From Ruminococcus albus 7 = DSM 20455 (GTDB taxonomy: Bacteria > Bacillota > Clostridia > Oscillospirales > Ruminococcaceae), in the NCBI RefSeq assembly GCF_000179635.2, contig NC_014833.1, positions 1,770,001 through 1,802,000 on the forward strand: a DNA stretch of 32,000 nt, read 5' to 3'. A program made the translations under genes and the position numbers. The first letter of the stretch is position 1. Each line of letters starts with the position of its first letter. The notes under the pieces were generated by a model. It was not told where the DNA came from, did no database searches, and saw only the letters and a list, made by a program, of their open reading frames with translations. This document shows, piece by piece, positions 30,523 to 32,000 of this stretch.

Positions 30523-32000
30523 TCAGGCTTTCTTTACCTTTTTCACAAGCACAACAATCTCGTGTGCCAAAAGCGGCATTATGGAGAGCACAAGTACCAG
30601 TCCCCACATAGGAAGTGTCATCTGAACTGTATCGAATATATTTCTGAAAAACGGTATCTCGGTAACTGCAAGCTGACCAAGAAGACCTACTGCAAAAGCA
30701 AGTATCATTATCTTGTTATCCAGATGATTGAATTTGAACAGTGAAGTCTCTGTATCACGCATACCTATCGCATGGAAAAGTTCGGATACGGCAAGAGTGC
30801 AGAATGCAAGTGTCTGTGACTGCATGAGTATCTGCTTATCGGAAAAACGATCAATGATATTTTTAAGAGTGTATGCTGTTCCCGAAGCTGAAAGATCCCT
30901 GATAGGAGCGTACAGGAAAGCGATGAGAGTTACCACAGCAATTATCACGCTGTAAAGACCTACCTTGAAATATCCGCCGTCAGCGAAGATTGATTCGCCG
31001 TTCTTACGGGGTCTCTTGTTCATAACGTCAGATGACGAGTTGGGGTCAACACCCAGGGCAAAGCAAGGGAGGGAGTCGGTTAGAAGGTTTACCCACAGTA
31101 TGTGTACAGCTTTCAGCGGTGCTGCAAAGCCTGCAGCGATAGCCGCAAACATCACAACTACCTCGCTGATATTAGATGAAAGGGCAAAGAGGATAGACTT
31201 CTTTACGTTCTCATAGATGTTTCTGCCTTCCTTGACAGCCTTTTCTATGGTGGTGAATTTATCGTCCTGAAGCACGATATCTGCGGCACCCTTGGCAACA
31301 TCGGTACCTGTTATACCCATTGCAACGCCGACATCAGCTGCTTTCAGCGAGGGTGCATCGTTAACGCCGTCACCTGTCATAGAAGCGATATTGTTGTTAG
31401 CCTGTATCGCCTTGACTATCTTTACCTTATGTTCGGGTGAAACTCTTGCAAATATGGAGAGACCAGAAACTCTGTTACGGAGTTCTTCATCGCTCATCTC
31501 GTCAAGCTCGTGACCCATTACACACTCATCGGGTCTTTCTGCTATGCCCAGCTTTTTGGCGATAGCAAGGGCGGTATCCTTGTGGTCGCCAGTTATCATT
31601 ACAGTCTTGATACCTGCACGCTTGAAGGTCTTGATAGATTCCACTACCTCGGGTCTTTCGGGGTCTATCATACCTATCATGCCGATGTAGGTGAGTCCCT
31701 GCTCAACAGCGTCCCTGTTATCCTCACGTACAGCAAGTGAAAGCACTCTCAGCGCTTCAAAGGACATTTCAGACATAGCGTTTGATATAAGAGCCATATC
31801 CTCATTTGTTATCTCACGCACAGTGCCGTTTACCCTGATGTGGGTACAGCGCATGAGCAGTTCATCGGTGGAGCCTTTGGTGTAGGATATTATCTTTCCG
31901 TCCTCGGTGGTGTGGACGGTGGTCATAAGCTTTCTTTCCGAGTCGAAAGCCTTCTCGTTGATACGTGGTACAGACTTTTCTGTAACGGACTTTTCTATAC
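30523..32000 (-). CDS. P-type ATPase, Ca2+-transporting (P2 type), C-terminal part; the 5' end lies beyond the right edge
   Basis: The frame stays open upstream of the ORF-track Met (31926) to the window end (...NEKAFDSERKLMTTVH). Motifs: VMITGDHKDTA, hinge TGDGVNDAPSLKAADVGVAMGITGTDVAKGAADIVLQDD, and C-terminal TM helices. Confidence 0.9.
   Translation of the reverse strand, partial: IEKSVTEKSVPRINEKAFDSERKLMTTVHTTEDGKIISYTKGSTDELLMRCTHIRVNGTVREITNEDMALISNAMSEMSFEALRVLSLAVREDNRDAVEQGLTYIGMIGMIDPERPEVVESIKTFKRAGIKTVMITGDHKDTALAIAKKLGIAERPDECVMGHELDEMSDEELRNRVSGLSIFARVSPEHKVKIVKAIQANNNIASMTGDGVNDAPSLKAADVGVAMGITGTDVAKGAADIVLQDDKFTTIEKAVKEGRNIYENVKKSILFALSSNISEVVVMFAAIAAGFAAPLKAVHILWVNLLTDSLPCFALGVDPNSSSDVMNKRPRKNGESIFADGGYFKVGLYSVIIAVVTLIAFLYAPIRDLSASGTAYTLKNIIDRFSDKQILMQSQTLAFCTLAVSELFHAIGMRDTETSLFKFNHLDNKIMILAFAVGLLGQLAVTEIPFFRNIFDTVQMTLPMWGLVLVLSIMPLLAHEIVVLVKKVKKA

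Overview
This is a low-GC (roughly 40%) Firmicutes chromosomal segment. It most likely comes from a cellulosome-producing Ruminococcus-like member of the Clostridia, because two encoded proteins carry dockerin modules. I support 27 protein-coding genes (two truncated by the window edges, one probable TetR remnant) and one tRNA-Arg(ACG). Many near-consensus sigma-70 promoters and intrinsic terminators can be read directly. Content from left to right:
- the start of a secreted protein gene, then four tandem 94-bp repeats
- a DUF4261-like gene and a HAD phosphatase
- tRNA-Arg
- a five-gene cluster: a secreted low-complexity protein, a Cthe_2159-like beta-helix lipoprotein, an OmpR-type response regulator, a histidine kinase, and a second Cthe_2159-like beta-helix protein with an N-terminal dockerin
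- an adenosine-deaminase-family gene
- two convergent ECF-type sigma / membrane anti-sigma-like modules, the first followed by a leaderless two-PASTA ORF
- a flavodoxin / Fe-S flavoprotein operon behind a truncated TetR
- an orphan 452-aa protein
- a MATE exporter with a terminator-containing leader
- a GntR(YtrA)-ABC operon
- a 1918-aa dockerin-bearing repeat protein
- an ATC-hydrolase-family gene
- the C-terminal two thirds of a P-type Ca2+-ATPase

I found no CRISPR array, transposase, integrase or recognisable defence system. The most unusual signals are:
1. the perfectly periodic 94-bp GC-rich tandem array at 318-678
2. the sigma / anti-sigma / PASTA junction at an A5 run (13145-13149)
3. 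the promoter-leader-terminator-SD arrangement in front of the MATE gene
4. the sORF-containing long leader of the giant dockerin gene
5. a shared 38-nt upstream motif linking two genes next to the two-component system

All family names are recognised from motifs and memory. No database search was run.
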